This document shows, piece after piece, positions 36,613 to 50,840 of a stretch of DNA of 64,000 nt (position 1 is the stretch's first letter; the number at the start of each line of letters is the position of its first letter). A model generated the notes under the pieces. That model was not told the DNA's origin. It was given only the letters and a program-made list of their open reading frames with translations, and did not search any database. Where the stretch lies: NCBI GenBank assembly GCA_951406725.2, contig OX597820.1:22816001-22880000 (forward strand), read 5' to 3'. The position numbers and the translations under genes are program-made. Source of the DNA: Octopus vulgaris (Eukaryota).

Positions 36613-39600
36613 GATATTTAAATATCTTAAAAACTGAAAAGCAGTATCAATGACTTTTCTTTTCGCAATCGGAATTGTTGCTGGCATGTGCTTCCAAACA
36701 AGTGAATCTCAACTACAGTAACAATTTGTAAGAATATTAACAAGAAATAACAGACACCATTCACTAACTAATGCAAACAAAATTTCCAAGATAAATCGTA
36801 AACAGTGTTCTTGTAGTTTTCTTGTTCATTTATAATTTCATATTTAGTTTCTCAAGTTATTCTTCATATTATCAACAGCATTTGTCATTGTGCAATTCTT
36901 TTGTTTTGAAATACTGGAATGATGAATTCACTGAGAACTTCTCAGACGAAATTGTAACGTTGAGATTGCAGACACAATGTGCAAACCTGATATCAACATG
37001 TAAGCTAACTGAATGGCTTAATGAGACAAACATTTAGGTGGATATTATCAATGTGCATTACAGTAATTAAACATTTAAACTAATCCTTATCAAAGTTGAG
37101 CATTTATTTTCCACAATTTTTAAATTTACACTTTACAATTTATGAAAATTTACAGTAGAACATTAAGGAAGGTGCGGCTATATACAACAAGTCAACAGAC
37201 AAATCATTGTATTATGAATTCATGTATTTCTAAATGAGTGTCTTTATTTGGTCTCGCAACACTAAAGCTATTTAAAATGAGATTATTAATGCATATTCCT
37301 ACAGATACTGAACCTTATCACTGAAAGCTCAATATTTAACCATAAAACCTCTCTTGTACAGTCCAGAAACCCAACAAATGAGAACTGATAGCTTTCTCGT
37401 GTGTGCACACGCATGCATGCGCACATGCACGCACACACACTAAATCATTACATGGACACGTTGACAAGACATAGCAAGGGCGGATGGAAAAAAAGGAAAG
37501 GAAAGCAAGAAAATGCCAGGGAGAGCTGTCACTTTTTCCCTGGTGTTTGTCAGTATCCCTGTCACTTTTCCCTTGATGTCTGTCAGTGTCCACACTGAGG
37601 TTTAATCTGTATAAATGTATTCTTTGACAACTATAACTTAATCACGAACTACATGTGGGCGTGGGGATATATATATATATATATATATACATACACACAC
37701 ACACACACACACAATGCATGTACTCACACTTAATAGATACAAAGCTAAATGCACAGTTAGTTAACCATACAGACACACATGGGAAGGCATCTGATACAAA
37801 ACATGTAAAGGCTACGACCAAATACAAGACACAGAATCTTAATGATAAAAGGTGCTTCCTTTTTTCTTTTTCTTTCCATCTACGATTCAGATGAAGAATA
37901 GTGGAGGATGGGGAGTGTGAAAAGGGGAAGCAGAAGCCTTATTATGATTGACTGGATTACATATCAAGATTATAACAGAATGTGTAGATTTAAACTTACT
38001 AAAAAGCACTGAAGTTTTGGTAGAAATCTCAAATCATATATGCATGTGTGTGTGTGTGTGAAAGAGAGGGGGGGAATAGAATTGATTACAGCACAGTTTG
38101 AGGTAAATTAAAAATTAGATATCCTTAACTGCATAATTCACAGAACAAGTTGCCAAAATATGATTTGAAAGGTCTCCCCAGGTGATAATATGAAGATAGA
38201 TATGGCCTGGGTCAATACCAGATGAAACCTAAGGTAATACGGATGTGTGTATGTGTGTGCGTGATTGTATGTATATACATATGTCTAGCTATGAGAAGGC
38301 ACTACATTTCTTGGAAACAAATGAGGTTTGGTGACAAGAAGAGCAAATGGCTGTAGAAATTCTACAACCATGGAAAAGTGGACATTAAATGATGAGGATA
38401 TATATATAAGGTGGTGCTCCAGCATGGCCACAGTCAAATGACCAAAATGAATAAAAGAATATATATATATTAATATTACTGTTCTTTCTTATGAAATATA
38501 TAGAACTACTTAAGAAGTGCTAGGGTGGAACCCGAGACAAAAGATAAGAATTAAGATATGAACTGGAATTAGGCAATCAACTTTTTATACATACTCATAC
38601 AGTTATAAATTCAACTTAAAATGCGTGTATATATATATATATATATATTAATACATATTGAGATATATGAATAAGTCTAAAACAATATATATAAAAATAA
38701 AACCCATGTGGGATATATATGGAAAGAAGTGTGAGAAAAAGAACTGATAAATATTTTTCATACTAAAATTAAGAGTGGTTAAGAGTTTCAATTAAAAGAT
38801 CCATAATCATCATCATTTAACATCCGCTTTCCATGCTGGCATGGGTTGGATGGCCTGACTGAGGACTGACAAGCTAGCAGGCTGTACCAGGCTCCAATCT
38901 GATCTGGCAATGTTTCTACAGCTGGATGCCCTTCCTATCACCAATCACTCTGAAAGTGTAGTTGGTGCTTTTTATGTACCACTGGCACAGGAGCCAGTCA
39001 GGCGGCACTAGAAATGACCACGCATAGGATTCAGTGTGTTTTTTTTTTTTAAATATATAAATGGTATATAAGGTATATAATACAATTCGAGCAAGTCCAC
39101 TTTCTATGGCAGTTTCCAGAGTTTGTGTCTGATGTGGCATCATGTACACTAAGAAAGCTAATCGCTGTATTGACCATCTGAATCGTAAGTTAGGTAACTT
39201 CAGACTCCAAGAAATGAAAATCCTGCATATGGAAGACATTTCTGTAGCCAGATGCCCTTCCTACTACTGACTCTCACCTGTCTTCCAGTAAGGTAATATC
39301 TTTCCATGAGCAGACACGTTTACATGGAAGACTGGAAATGCAGGACACCACTTGTATGACAGTGACACTCATTTACAACTATCACACAATGTCAAGGCAA
39401 AGAGACAGTAGCACATACACACACACACACAGAGCCATACATACACACAAATATACACACATCTACACATGCACATTTACACATACACACATGATGGGTT
39501 TCTTTCAGCTTTTGCCTACCAAATCCACCGACAAAGCCTAAGTCAACCCAGTACTATAGAAGACACTTGCCCAAGGTACAACACAGTGGGACTGAACCCA

Positions 39601-40294
39601 AGATCACATGGTTGGGAAGCAAGATTCTTAACCACACATAACCCCTGAACCTATATCTGCATAAGTATATAACTCGACATAGCATGAGCATAGAAAACGG
39701 ATGTTAAATTATGATAACCATACACACACATTCTTTATGCATAAACCTCTATGGCTTATTGACGTTTAAAATTCTCTTTACTTTTTTGTTTTCCATTTGA
39801 CTGTTCCCAGCCAAATATATTCAGGTAAATATCATTTCCCTGAAACCACTGTTGAAATTAGATTTCTTTGTTGAATAAATATTTCAATATCTTCTGTTAA
39901 TAGAATAAAAATCAGTTCTGAAACTGTAGGGCATTTAGTTAGGTTATTCAGTATCTAAATAATACGATATGACAGATTAAATATTAGATGGGATTTATTT
40001 TGTTTAGGCAATTAATTGGAAGGGAATAAAGACAGGACAAAAAGATTTACTTGAATAAATAAAGATTGAGAATTATTTAAGGATAATTCAATGCAGATTG
40101 CATTTCAAGCTGGTGAAGTAAAATGCATACGACAACTATATCATAGGTGAAGGGGAATCGAGTATAAGACACACTGGTTAGTAAACAGTGTGTATGTGTG
40201 TGTGTGTGTGTGTGTGAGTGAGAGAGAGAGAGAGAGGGGGTTTATATAATTTTTATATTTCTGAAAAGATAAGATTTGGATAAGATTTGGTATT

Positions 40295-40930
40295 ATAATA
40301 ATCTTTCCTATGACAGGCACAAGGGGCTTAGTCAATTATACTAACCCCAGTGTGTAACTCATAATTACTTCATCAACCCTGCAAGGAATGAAGGTGACGT
40401 TGACCTCAGTGGAATCGAAACTCAGAACATAAAGCCAGATGAAATGCTATCCAGCATTTTGTCCAGTGTGCTAGCAATTCTGTCAACTTGCCACCACGAT
40501 GATGATTCTTTCTACTATAGGCACAAGGCCTGACATTTTAGGGAGGAGCTAGTTGATTATACTGACTCCAGCATGTAAGTGGTGCTTATTTCATCAACCC
40601 CCAAAAGGATGAAAGGCAAAGTTGACTTTGGCAGAATTTGAGCTTAGAACATAAATCCAACAAACAAAATGCTACTAAGCTTTTTGTCCAGCATGCTAAC
40701 AATACTGCCAGCTTGCCATTTTAATAATAATAGTAATAATAGTTTCAGATTCTGGCACAAGACAAACAACTTCAGGGAAGGGCACAAGTCAATTAGATTG
40801 ACCCTACTGCTCAACAGGTACATATTTTATTGACCCCGAAAGGATGAACGGCAAAGTAAACCTTTGCAGAATTTGAACTCTGAACGTAAAACCAGTTGTA
40901 ATGTCACTAAGCATCTTGTCCAACATATTA
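40295..40930 (-). mobile_element. Head-to-tail array of 3 family B SINE copies
   Basis: Repeated accc..aaaggatgaa.ggcaaagt...gaatttga.ct units with short simple-repeat spacers. Confidence 0.8.
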
Positions 40931-42349
40931 ATGGTCCTGGAGGAGGCAGAGGAGAAGAAGAAGAAGAAGAAAGCAAGATGAGGGGGATGAGGTGGATGAA
41001 GGGGAGGATGTGGCTGAGGGTACGAGGAGGGGGAGGACGGGCTGGACTAGGAGGAGGAACAGCAGCAACTGAATGAGATGAATGATAGCAAAACTGACCT
41101 TTTGTATTAAAATGCTTCAAAACTATGATGTTTGTTTTATAGGTTTTGTAATGCTACACGGAGGAAACAAGGAAATTTGGCAGAAAGGCAACAACATCTA
41201 GGAAGAAGTTAATTATGGTTAAACTGTCAAAAAGCCAATACAGGTAAGCAATTTGTTTCAACATTAAGACGTCCAAATGAACTTGTAGAAAAGAACATTT
41301 TGGATAATTAAGTAAAATTTAAAGAAACAGGCATGGCTGAGTGGAATAGAGTTTGCTTCTCAACCACATAGTCTATGGTTCAGTACCCCTGCACTGCACC
41401 TAGTGCAAATGTCTTCTATGGTCCCAGGCTAGACAAAGCTTTGTAAGTGGATTTGGTAGGTGGAAACTGAAAGAATCCCAACATGTGTGTGTACACATGT
41501 TACTATTTCCTTGCCTTGACTTCATGTGGTAGTTGTAAAATGACTAATTGACTAGTGTCCTTCATTTCCAATTTTCCACTGGCATGGAAACAAGCGAAGG
41601 TTAATGGTAGGAAGGGCATTTGTCTGTAAAAATTTGGCCTCAAAAAATCCCATCCAACCCATGCAAGCATGGAAAAATTGGATGTTACATGATAATGATG
41701 ATAGCAAAACATGTAAACTCCGAAAATGTCTCAAAAGAATCGTATCATGTTCTTACTAACTCAAACATGCTTTTTTTTCTTTTTGTACCTTTTTTCTTTC
41801 TAAATTACATGATTTAATTACGCATCAATTTGTAATAAAATTTGTAAGTGCCTATAAGCAAATTTCTCTAATTGAGGATGATTAGGGAGTAAATTTAAAT
41901 ATTTAATTACTACTCGACAAAGCGAGGCAAAGGGGAATGAGTGCATAAATCAACAGCTCAGAATGCAGATTGTATATTTATCACCTGACTCGATCTGGTT
42001 AGAAGGCTTTTATCAATTTCTGTTGCAATGCTATAGTATTTCAAATCCGTTTAACTGACAGTAAAACAATAGCATGTAGAAAATGCAACCATAAACTAAT
42101 GCATTCAGAGAGACCTTAAAGGGTCCAAAGTTTATCTTAGAAGAGTGCTTTTCTGAATCTACATAGTAATTTCTGACTCAGGTACGGGGACAATTTTCAA
42201 AGGAGAAAGAATATAGGCATGGCTGTCCTCCTCCTCATCATCATCATCGTTTAACGTCTGCCTGCCATGCTGATATGGGTTGGATGGTTTATCAGGAGCC
42301 AGCCTGGCAGGAGTCTGCACTAAATTTCTGCGTCTGTTTTTGGCAGGGT

Positions 42350-42790
42350 TAACCATGTAGTTTTGGGTTCAGTCCCACTGTGTGGTACTATGACCCCAGG
42401 TTGACCGGTGTCTTGTGAGTAAATTTGATAGGTGGAAACTATGTGGAAGCCTATCATATATGTATGTGTGTGTGGCACTTTCTACTATAGTCCTAGATCG
42501 ACCAATGTCTTGTGAGTAAATATGGTAGATGGAAACTATGTAGAAGCCTATTATATATGTATGTGTGTGTATGTCTTTGTATGCTTCCATCTCCCTGCTT
42601 GACAACTGATGTTGCTTTGCTTTCATCCCCATAACTTAGCAGTTTGGCAAAAGATAGCAATAGAGTAAGAGCCAGTCTTTAAAAAAAAAAAAAAACAGAA
42701 ATAGTATCAGAATCTGTTTGACTAAAACCCTTCAAGGTGGTGCCCCAGCATGGCCACAGTCTAGTGACTGAAACAAGTGTAAGACAGAAG
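42350..42790 (+). mobile_element. SINE family A with internal duplication
   Basis: tgtcttgtgagtaaat..g.tag.tggaaactatgt.gaagcctat occurs twice (about 42409 and 42506). Confidence 0.75.
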
Positions 42791-43342
42791 GTGGTGTATT
42801 GTATAATACTGATAATTATTTTATTACAACCCAAAGACAAGAACGAAAAAGGAAACCCAACAAAATGAACTCGGACCCTAAAGGGGGAAAAAAACATGGT
42901 GTTCTCAGTCAATTTACTGCCTTTAATTAAAATTCATTTTATAAAAAAATATAAAGCATTATATAAAGAAGAAAAAAACACATTTAATTAACCTAATTAA
43001 AATTATTTGAATTTACAGACAAATCTATTTGATTCCACTGCACAGATTTTTGTCTCCAAGCAGAATTTGGCAGACAAAATCTTTGAAGGAAACCTGTCCC
43101 CCACCTCCACCCCCGCGCTCTCTCTCTCTCTCTGTTTATTTCATAACCCTTTACTTCCCATAGCTTAGCATTTCAACAAATGTACATCGATAAAACAAGT
43201 AGCAGGCAAAATGAGTTCAGGGCTCAACATCATCAAGTGAAGCGTTGAAGGGAGCCCCTCCGCCAGCATTGGTGCAGTTTACAATGGAGGAAAAAATTCC
43301 TGCTTATGTCAAAAGGCACAAAAATACCATTATCATTTTAGT

Positions 43343-44445
43343 GGTATCCCCTCTTGGACTCCTAGATGCATTTCTGATTCCTTAACCTTCCTCAGTAAGA
43401 GATACTGAAAAGAGATGATGCTGAGCTGATTAGAAAGGCATAGCTTTCTAACAAAACAGTGAATGCTAGTGACTAACTTGCTCTTGCACGGTGAGAACAA
43501 ATACAGTAGCAGCAATGCAAAGCAGTTCAAGCTAGTTCAAATATGCTTATGACTGTTGTTGCCAGCTTCAAGTTCCTTTAATAGCTGGACGTTGTTCCTA
43601 TCACCAACCACTCTGCAGCATGGACAAGTTGCATTGTTTTGCTTGTGTGTGAGGGAGTTGTCTCCAAGGTCTAGAGTGTCTGCCCAACCACACTATCGGA
43701 TTACATCTTCTTCACTTGAAACCTGGTATTAATTTACAATAATGATTTCTCTCCAAGAATATTTGTTATAAAATCACCTGTTGACTGATTATTTTACAAC
43801 AATGTCGAGAAAAACATGGAAACAAGTAATTGATATTAATGTTTTTGTTAGTTTGGCCTTTGAGTAACAAAGGGAAAGAGAGAAGGAAAATAAACCATTC
43901 AGTTTGTGAAAGACTTTACAAAATTGTATTGTTAGAATGACAAGTGACAAAAGCATTATGAAGTAATATTCCAGTGTATGATGCCAAAGCAAGTCATTTT
44001 CTACAATGGATCTGTACATGTCACACCGTCTGCACTCTACTAGTTTCAGCTACTTAACTGTGGCCATGCTAGAGCACCACCTTAACTGGTTTTAATCAAA
44101 TACATTAAACACAAACTCCAGTACTCAATCTGGTACTCCTCATCCTTTCATTGTTTTAACACCCACTTTTCCATCCTTGCATGAGTCAGACGGATGTTGT
44201 TGAGGTGGATTTTCTATGGCCAGACGCCCTTCCATTCAGTAGCCTTTACCTAGTTCTAAGTAAGGTAGTATTGCTACATGACAAAACATAACTTCACGGA
44301 AGATTGGAAATGGAGGACACTGCTTGTATAAGAGTGGCACTTGTTTACACCTATTGTGCAAAGTCAAGCAAAGAGACCAGTAAAACCTCTTACTGAGGAA
44401 GGTTAAGGAATCAGAAATGCATCTAGGAGTCTAAGAGGGGATACC
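43343..44445. repeat. 59-bp inverted repeat (43343-43401 / 44387-44445), 985-nt spacer
   Basis: 58 of 59 positions complementary. Confidence 0.95.
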
Positions 44446-47400
44446 TATTTCTTTACTACCCACAAAACTTCTATCAGTTTCTGTCTACCTAATCCACTCA
44501 CAAGGATTTGGTCATCCCAAGGATATAGTAGGAGACATTTGCCCAAGGTGCCATGCAGTGGGACTGAACCCAAGACCATATGGTTGGGAAGGAAACTTCT
44601 TACTACGCATCTATACCTGCACCTATTTATGTATCTTATGGAATAATGAAGTCCACTTATTTAGTTAAGTCTCACATCTCTTTATAGACTAAAAACAAAG
44701 CATTTATACTATCTTACTCCATTACACACACTTGTAAGCTGTAAAATGCACTAAGACATATGCAACACTAATGTTGCTCAGTTTTCTCTATTGCTATGAG
44801 TAAAACAACACAGGCTGTAGTAACAAATTGAACCATGCCAACATGGATGAATGGATATAAAATTATGATACAACTGTCTTCCATACAGTATCCACTTAGC
44901 AAATTTTACTTGGAAGATACCATAATGGAAGATAACATAATGGAAGATACCTTATCCAATATACTGCCTGCTGAGATCAAATGCTGAATCAAGTGATTGT
45001 GGAACACTCTCTAACCACACAACCATGTCTACTTAGTTATTCAGTATTCCATCCAATATTTTTAATGTTTATAGAAGCAAGAATAAAATTACAACTCCTG
45101 CACTACCTTTTACTTCCTTCTATTCTTAACAATCCTGCAAAACCAGGTACGCTGAGGGCGTTTACCCCATATCATATATCAAAGGTTTGTTGCTCTTTGG
45201 AAAACATCAAAAGAAAAGGCAGAGTTGCTTCACCTCACATCAGGAAGAAAGGGCCTTAATTGCACTGTACAAGATAATTTGGTAAAGCTCCAGGTTCCAC
45301 CTACCACTAATTGAGAGAATGGGAAATGTTCTGACAGGGTACTCCATCGCAACATGTACTGGCAAAACTCCAAGACTATGTCAGATCTCTTGCATTCTTT
45401 CTTAAGATTAACAACTTAGTTACTGCCAATCACATTCACCCCCCCCCCATGTCAATGAGATCATTCAAACAACTCTGTTATTTTAATCACAGAATCTCCT
45501 ACCCATGTGCCAGCTTAACTCCTGATAGATAACCTCCTGCACAGCCTCTATGAATGGGAACTTTTGCAACCAAGGATCCTCTTCAACAGTAACAAAACAC
45601 AAACAACATACACCCACACACACATGTACATTGCCCCCCAAAGAAAAAGTTGAGTAACTTTAGGTCTGTTCAATCAGAGCCGAGTTGGAGATTGACAATA
45701 TAAGATAGCCAGTCAAATGGCTACGGTATGCGTGACTCACAGAACTACTCTGCCAGACAATACTTATGAGATGCAGTGTAAAAATATGTTGATGAAATAT
45801 AAAGCCTCATTGCTTTCACCAAGATGAAAAAGCAGATAATTCATTCATTCATCTAAATGCATTTGATATTAACAATATTAATCAAGAAATAAAAGCTTAA
45901 AATTTTTTTTAATGAGTTTAATATTAGTACTAGTTAAATACTATAGTAGGTATAACTAGCTACTTTGCTAATTCCACTAAATTAAAGGTCCTGTGCTTAC
46001 ATTAGAGACCAGTTATACTCTAATAAAAGATTGGTTCATTACCTCTCTTTCATCAGGAACAAAAAAAAACAGCCAAATGCTGCAACTAAATTTTAGGTTT
46101 CATGTATGAAAATATACTTTGGGACATAGTTCCAACATCTTTATATTTTTAGAAAGAATTTTGGTATTTATTTAACATCTTTAAGGTTTTAAGCATCAAC
46201 AAGAAAAACGTCATATATTACAAAATTCCACTATACTAATTTAGATTGAACAGATAAATGTAAATCTCTGGAATGGGTGGGTAGGAACTAAAATAAAACA
46301 ACATGCTTTAGTTTTAGAGATTGACACATATTACTACTACTACTACTTCACAGAGAGTATGCAAATGAAATTCAAAGTATTTTATCAAATATCTTTCTCA
46401 CAGCTGACTTTTTTTTTTTTTCAGAGTAAAGCAAAAAAAAAAAAATGTTTAGGAAAAGAACTATGAATGCACTGAAATTGAAAGATCAAAGTAAGGTGAA
46501 GCTTCTTCCTCTAAAAATCCATTAATAATGATGTGGAGTAGTTAAAATATTTTGAAATACAAATATTAAATGTTATACTATTATTTATATAATAGCCCAT
46601 CTGTGGAATATCATTGAATGGTAAAAGACATTAGACTTATCCAAAGAGGTTTTGTTTTTTTTAACCTCATAGAAAATAAGAAAATCTAGAAAGACACCTT
46701 TGAAAAAAAAAAAAACAAAAAACATCTTTGAAAATAAAATACTATTATCAAAAGCGTAAAGATAACTAAATAAAACAGTTGATGCTATCTATTAATATTA
46801 AAGCTTAATATTTTATAACAAATGAAAAGAATGCTACAAATATATTTGCATTTAAAGTCATTTTCCAGAAACTATGAATATATTAAATTTGCTGATAAAT
46901 ATTTTTAGCACCTAGGTGTATTATAAAACATGTGCAGAAATAAGATAAATTTTGAAGAAGCAGTCTCTGTAGACTGCAAGTAGAAGCAGAGCACATGTAT
47001 TGATAAGATGTTAAATCTACAGCTTATGGATAGTAAACACACAACCAGCGCAGGTGTTCTGCTGCATGTATGGACAAGAGAACATGTAATTAATAATAGG
47101 CATGAGCAACAGGAATAGGTACAAGATCTTATGGGAATAAATACATTGTAAAAACAAGCATCCTAACCATAAACAGGGTCATCTTTCACCTGCTTAATGT
47201 TATACAGCATTTGAAACAAAGCACTGGCTTCTGAAGCTTGTGTGGCTTATGAAGACACCATGTTATGATGTACCGTTATTATCAAGTCATAATATATGCA
47301 TGTTAGAAGAATATGTAACCAATGTAGTTACCTATGAACATAAATAATACAGGAAATACATTATCAACCGTATCTTTACTGCAAAACTGCTGTTATCCTT

Positions 47401-47967
47401 TATCAGTTCAACTGGAAAGTCGAACTTTTTAAGGTCAAATTTTCAAATCTAACAGCCAGTATTCCATTAACTTGCCTTTACAGTGAATGTTATGCTACCA
47501 CAAGCTGACAAATTTTTTTGAAACTCGTTACACAACACAAGCACACAAACTAAGTAAACAATTTAATTTAAACAAGGAGAACTGAAATTAAATCTACTTC
47601 TCAGAAGAGTTATGATTTAATTAAGCACAGAGGATGTTGAGTGCTGTAAAACACATTCTAATGAATAATGGTTTCCATTCCTTAAATTACGATAAACATT
47701 TACATTACAATAACATCTTTAAAAAGTAGCTAAGATATCAGGAATGAAATTTAAAGGGTTGAACATCCACATACAAATCATCTCATACTCTCAGTGAAGT
47801 GCTGTTCTCCATTTTGGTGAAGGATATCAAGAAATGGTATGGTACTAGAGATTCTAGCACAGGATAATTAATAAAATGCATGATCTGACACTAAATTCAA
47901 TCTTAATTTACAATTGCAGATGTAACATTACAGAAAGAAAGGAAGCCAAATTCATCATCATCATCAT

Positions 47968-48451
47968 TTAACTCTTTTGTTACTGTATTTATTTTGAGAT
48001 GCTCTCTGTTTCTTTCAATTACTTGAAATATAAACAAAGAATTTAGTGAAATAACTTAGTTATCATTAAGCTAGTATTAGGAACATAAATTGTGACTAAG
48101 GTTTGGTGGAAGATTTTAATTCAGAATTTATGAAAAACAAGACATTTGTACTACAGAGCCAGAAGTAGTTTCAGCTGGGCTAATATCAAAAGGGTTAAGA
48201 ATTGTTTCTCTATAATATAGTTTAACCATTTTGTTACCGTATTTATTTTGAGATGCTCTCTGTTTCTTTCAATTACTTGAAATATAAACAAAGAATTTAG
48301 TGAAATAACTTAGTTATCATTCAGCTAGTGTTAGGAACATAAATTGTGACTAAGGTTTGGTGGAAGATTTTAATTCAAAACTTATGGAAACAAGACATTT
48401 GTACTACAGAGCTTGAGTCGGTTTCAACCGGGTTGGTAACGAAAGGGTTAA
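47968..48451. mobile_element. Two tandem piggyBac-like MITE copies (47972-48194 and 48226-48447)
   Basis: Each is bounded by TTAA and ends aaaggg|ttaa; interiors are near-identical. Relatives at about 21823, 61533 and 62572-62787. Confidence 0.9.
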
Positions 48452-50251
48452 TGACCATTTTCCATGCTGGCATAGGATGGATGGCTTGACAAGAGCTGGT
48501 AAACCAGAGGCTTATTCCAGGTTCCAGTTGTCTATTTTGGCATCTAGGTGGATGCTCTTCCCAAAGCCAATCACCTTACAGAGTGTACTGGATGTCTTTA
48601 TTCTACATGGCACCTGCAAAGGTGCTAATTACATGGTGCCAGCATCAGTTCTTTTATATGGTTTGGCAAAAGAGACAGGTTTTTGTTTTTGAGACTGCTA
48701 CTTATTCTGCTGTGCTTTTCAAACCAACACCAGTTGTCAGGCAGTGGGGAGGAGGTACAAACACAGACACACACACACACACATATATATATACATACAT
48801 ACACAACAGGCTTCCACATAGTTTCCATCAGCCAAATTCACACCCACAAGGCACTGGTCTGTAGAAGGCACCCAAAGTGCCACATTGAACCTGAAATCTC
48901 ATGGTTCCAAAGCAAGCTTCTTAACCACACAGCCATTCCTATTATGTGTACGTGGGGTGTATAATGATTAGGTATCAGGGATTGTACATCTATTTCCACC
49001 TATTTGCCACACCCATATAGCAAGAAGCAAGGGAAGATGTAAATTTAACATCCGCAGACAGGCGGCTGTTTTAGTAATTCACACAGGGGAAGAAAAAAAA
49101 ATGCTTACAGAAGATATGCTAAAGGAAGAGTTATGTGTCATAAGATGGAATGAATCTATTGAAATTCTCCAGAATTTTGTTTTGTAATCTAATTTCCAGG
49201 TTTCATGAAAAACTGCTTTACATAAACACTTAAATACTATTATTTCCTCTTAGAACCCACATATTTTTATTAAATGTAAGAAAGAAAAAAAAAGCTGCAA
49301 AGTTAACAAAGGGACAAAGTTAAACAACTTAGAAGTAGAAAACACACACATACACAAACACGCACACACACATATTTGGAGGGGGGGCGCATATTTACGC
49401 TCAGTGCAACAACTCAAGAACATAAATAGTACATATCTTATCAATCCCAGAGAGACCAAGTTAGCATGGAATGGATTCTGATGGAAAACAATGAAGTAAT
49501 AAACGAGATACTGCATATCTCTGGTACCAGACTTAACATTCCACAGGCTCAAGACAATCATTTCCAAAGATCTGATAACATTCCCATAATTCGACCCCGA
49601 CATTTTCGCAATCCAATGTGCCTTAATTCACACACCGATGCATATATATAACACAACAACAGCAACAAAAGACCAAAGCGCATTTTTTACAGTGTGCATC
49701 CAATAAATATTGAATCTCCAAAAAGGAAAACCAGTTACACAAAAATGCCCTGCCCTGCCCTGCCCCACCCTAACATCGCCAGAAACAAAAAAAAAAAAAA
49801 ACAGAAGCAAAAAAACAAAAAAAAAAGATGCTGCATAGAGAAATGGAAATAAAGCTCTGTGATGAGAGTCTGTGGTAAAAATGATGTAGCAATGTATACA
49901 AGGGAGTGGCTATGCACAATTTAATTAGTAGACAATGTTATAACGACCAACGTATGTTGCACTGCAACAACATATATTTAGCAAGTGTGGTGGGGGTGGG
50001 GTGGGGGGTAGGGGGTGAGAGAAATAGCTGTAATAATTGCACTTATGGTCACAATGCCAATCAATAATGGGATAGACCGATAGCAGCAAGGGCAACGGTA
50101 GCCATGTTATATAGATAGCTATCAATCAGACTTGATGAACGCATACAAAGAATAGTGGTGTGATCGCGTGACTCTCTGCTTAGTAGTTTAGAGAATAAAT
50201 ACAAAGTTTATTATAATAGTCCTTCTTGATATATTATTGTTATCATTATTT

Positions 50252-50840
50252 AGGCGGTGAGCTGGTAGAATTGTTAGCATGCCAGGCAAAATGCTTCGTG
50301 GTGTTTCAGTCATCACTACGTTCTGAGTTCAAATTCCACTGAGGTTGACTTTGCCTTTCGTCCTTTTGGTGTCAATAAATTAAGTGCCAGTGAAACACTG
50401 GGGTCAATGTAATCGACTAGTCCCCTCCCACCAAATATCAGGCCTTGTGCCTTTAGTAGAAAGGGAAATAAAAAGGGAAACATATTCTATCAAATAGGTG
50501 CAGGTGTGGATGTGTGGTTTAGAAGCTTGCTTTGCATGCATTTGGTTTTGGGTTCAGTCCCACTCCATAGCACCTTTGGGCAAATGTTTTTTTTTTTACT
50601 ATAGTGCCAGGCTGACCAATGCCTTGTGAGCAAATTTGGTAGACAGAAACTGCATGGAAGCTTGTTGAGGGCATGCATGAGTGTGCGTCTTTGTTTGTTC
50701 CTTTCAACCACTTGACAACCAATACTGGTTCATTTATGGCCCAGTAACTTAGCAGTTCAGCAAACAAGCCAGAATAAGTGCCAGGTTTAAAAGTACTTTG
50801 GTTGATTTGTTTAACTCAAATATTTTAAGGTGGTGCCCCA
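50252..50840 (+). mobile_element. Family B SINE (50252-50465) followed by family A SINE (50496-50840)
   Basis: Diagnostic heads ggcggtgagctggtagaa and ggtgcaggtgtggatgtgtgg. Confidence 0.85.

Noticed and set aside
40864-41076. Gly/Glu/Arg-rich ORF
   Set aside because: SINE end plus (GAA)/(GGA) low-complexity sequence, antisense to the host gene and without splice support.
45167-45230. Good pyrimidine tract with a downstream gtaaac donor
   Set aside because: The 29-nt form shifts the frame and the 27-nt form contains a stop.
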